This document shows, piece by piece, positions 38,503-40,089 of a stretch of DNA of 40,089 nucleotides (positions within the stretch are counted from its first letter, which is position 1; every line of letters begins with the position of its first letter). Origin of the DNA: Campylobacterota bacterium (GTDB lineage: Bacteria; Campylobacterota; Campylobacteria; Campylobacterales; Sulfurimonadaceae); assembly GCA_034717975.1 (NCBI GenBank), contig JAYEMF010000085.1:1-40089 (forward strand), given 5' to 3'. The translations under genes were made by a program, and so were the position numbers. Under the pieces are notes generated by a model. That model worked only from the letters and a program-made list of their open reading frames with translations, had not been told where the DNA came from and ran no database searches.

Positions 38503-38827
38503 GTGGATCAAAGAGCATCAGAAAAAGCTCTCTTTGTCTTTGGGTGTCTTACTGATCATTGGGGCAGTAGCATCACTCTTTTGGAGCAATCTTGACAGCG
38601 GTGTCACTGATGAGGAGCGTATGGCTGCGGCCAGTGTTGCCAGAATGGAAGCACGTATGAGTGGTCAATCGAGTGGAGCACAACAACAGGCTCCGGAGAA
38701 ACCGATGTTTAGCTCAGATTACCGTGAAACACAGAAAGAACAGCTGCGTTATGCAGTTGTCATTGCTCTGATCTTCGGTATTGGTTTTGTCGGATACGGA
38801 CTTTTGAAAAAAGAGGAGAAGTCGTAA
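38495..38827 (+). CDS. Hypothetical membrane protein (2 TM)
   Basis: Hydrophobic segments at both ends; overlaps the cupin gene end. Confidence 0.7.
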   Translation: MGEWIKEHQKKLSLSLGVLLIIGAVASLFWSNLDSGVTDEERMAAASVARMEARMSGQSSGAQQQAPEKPMFSSDYRETQKEQLRYAVVIALIFGIGFVGYGLLKKEEKS

Positions 38828-38830
38828 CTG

Positions 38831-39928
38831 TCAGTTACGGCTATAGGCTATTAAAACGCCCTCGATCATCTTATCGATATCACCATCGAGAATGCCGCTG
38901 ACATTTGAGTAGGCTTCATTGGAACGGGTGTCCTTGACCTGCTGGTAAGGCTGCATAACATATGAACGGATCTGATGCCCCCAGCCAATTTCACTCTTCT
39001 CTACACCATCGATTTCAGCCTGTTTCCTCTCCAGTTCGAGCTCATAAAGACGTGAACGCAGCATCTTCATCGCCGTTGCTTTGTTTTTATGCTGTGAACG
39101 GTCATTCTGACACTGCACAACGACATTGGTCTCTATATGGGTAATACGGATGGCTGACTCGGTTTTATTGACATGCTGTCCGCCTGCACCAGAGGCACGG
39201 TAGGTGTCAATACGGATATCTTTATCTTCTATTTCAATATCGATATCATCATCTATCTCAGGGGAGACCATCACGGAACTGAACGAGGTGTGACGCTTGG
39301 CATTGGAGTCAAACGGGCTGATACGTACCAGACGGTGGATACCGTTTTCCACTCTCAGATAGCCATACGCATTGTCACCTTTGATAAGGATGGAAGCATC
39401 TTTGATCCCGGCCTCTTCACCGCTCTGATAGTCCAGTGTCTCCACTTTGAAACCTCTGCGTTCCGCCCATCGCGTATACATGCGCAGAAGCATGGATGCC
39501 CAGTCTTGAGACTCGGTTCCGCCGGCTCCGGGGTGGATGGAGACGATGGCATTGCTACCATCATGCTCACCACTGAGCAGCATCTCGATCTCCATGGTGC
39601 GAACCATATTTCCAAGTGCTTCGGCTTCGCTAAAGAGCATTTCGATGGTCTCATCATCACTCTCCTCTTTACCCATCTCATAGAGCTCCAGCGCATCATT
39701 GACGGCATCGACGGCAACCGTGTATTTATCCATCTTGCGTTCAAGCTGGGTTTTCTCTTTTTGGATCACTGCGGCATTGGTCGCATCATTCCAGAATTCA
39801 GCCGAATTTTCCAGCTGATCGATCTCACCCAGTCGGGTTTGAATTTTTTCAGGTTGGACAACACCCGCAATGTTGTCCATTTTTGTTGATAAAGTTTTAA
39901 GTAGTTCGCTGTATTCGTAGTGGTCCAA
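38831..39928 (-). CDS. prfB: Peptide chain release factor 2 (TTG start, single uninterrupted frame)
   Basis: SPF anticodon tripeptide, GGQ motif, [12 protein letters not shown] upstream of the TTG. Confidence 0.97.
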   Translation of the reverse strand: MDHYEYSELLKTLSTKMDNIAGVVQPEKIQTRLGEIDQLENSAEFWNDATNAAVIQKEKTQLERKMDKYTVAVDAVNDALELYEMGKEESDDETIEMLFSEAEALGNMVRTMEIEMLLSGEHDGSNAIVSIHPGAGGTESQDWASMLLRMYTRWAERRGFKVETLDYQSGEEAGIKDASILIKGDNAYGYLRVENGIHRLVRISPFDSNAKRHTSFSSVMVSPEIDDDIDIEIEDKDIRIDTYRASGAGGQHVNKTESAIRITHIETNVVVQCQNDRSQHKNKATAMKMLRSRLYELELERKQAEIDGVEKSEIGWGHQIRSYVMQPYQQVKDTRSNEAYSNVSGILDGDIDKMIEGVLIAYSRN

Positions 39929-40089
39929 AATCTACTCCATAAAGTGTGTAAAAAGGTAATAAGGGCACCTCTAAAAACCCTGGATATCATCAGAGGGCAA
40001 AGAAGGTGCAAGATTTCGTTTTAAAATTTTGAAGGACTACCCATAGGTAATTCAAGAGATTTTAGGACGGAAGATTGTGCCTTATTTGC

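Noticed and set aside
39173..39889. 238-aa plus-strand ORF
   Set aside because: Antisense shadow of prfB.
39840..39928. Programmed +1 frameshift in prfB
   Set aside because: The ORF is continuous from TTG to stop with no CTT-TGA site; absence of the shift is known in this lineage.

Overview
Core chromosome of a Campylobacterota (epsilonproteobacterial) bacterium, probably Sulfurimonas/Sulfuricurvum-like. This is inferred from the panD-ybaB-PDZ gene order, unfused rpoB/rpoC, a str operon without tuf, an unshifted prfB and TGnTATAAT-type promoters. 1-14 kb holds small metabolic and transport genes (BFD-like protein, thioesterase, DAACS and DASS transporters, OprD-like porin, ferredoxin, panD, ybaB, PDZ protein, ispA, tkt, nhaA, TrmH-family methylase, thioredoxin, yaaA). 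14.1-18.8 kb is a four-gene cyclic-nucleotide signalling operon (FecR-domain protein, CHASE2 cyclase, GAF-HD-GYP, class II-like phosphodiesterase). 18.8-36.5 kb is the tRNA-tuf-rpmG-secE-nusG-rplKAJL-rpoBC-rpsLG-fusA cluster, followed by a Bpt/ATE transferase, a cupin and prfB. The most unusual signals are three small palindromic repeat families: (1) a 33-bp hairpin unit tandemly inserted x4 in frame right after a start codon; (2) a ~60-bp element found twice 14.7 kb apart, with a near-identical 36-bp core and a sequence-divergent, structure-conserved hairpin after GTAG; (3) a pair of covarying CCC-loop hairpins between rpoC and rpsL. A decayed ORF6N phage-like remnant is also present. No CRISPR array, transposase or intact prophage was seen. 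All product calls come from motif recognition by eye; no database searches were run.
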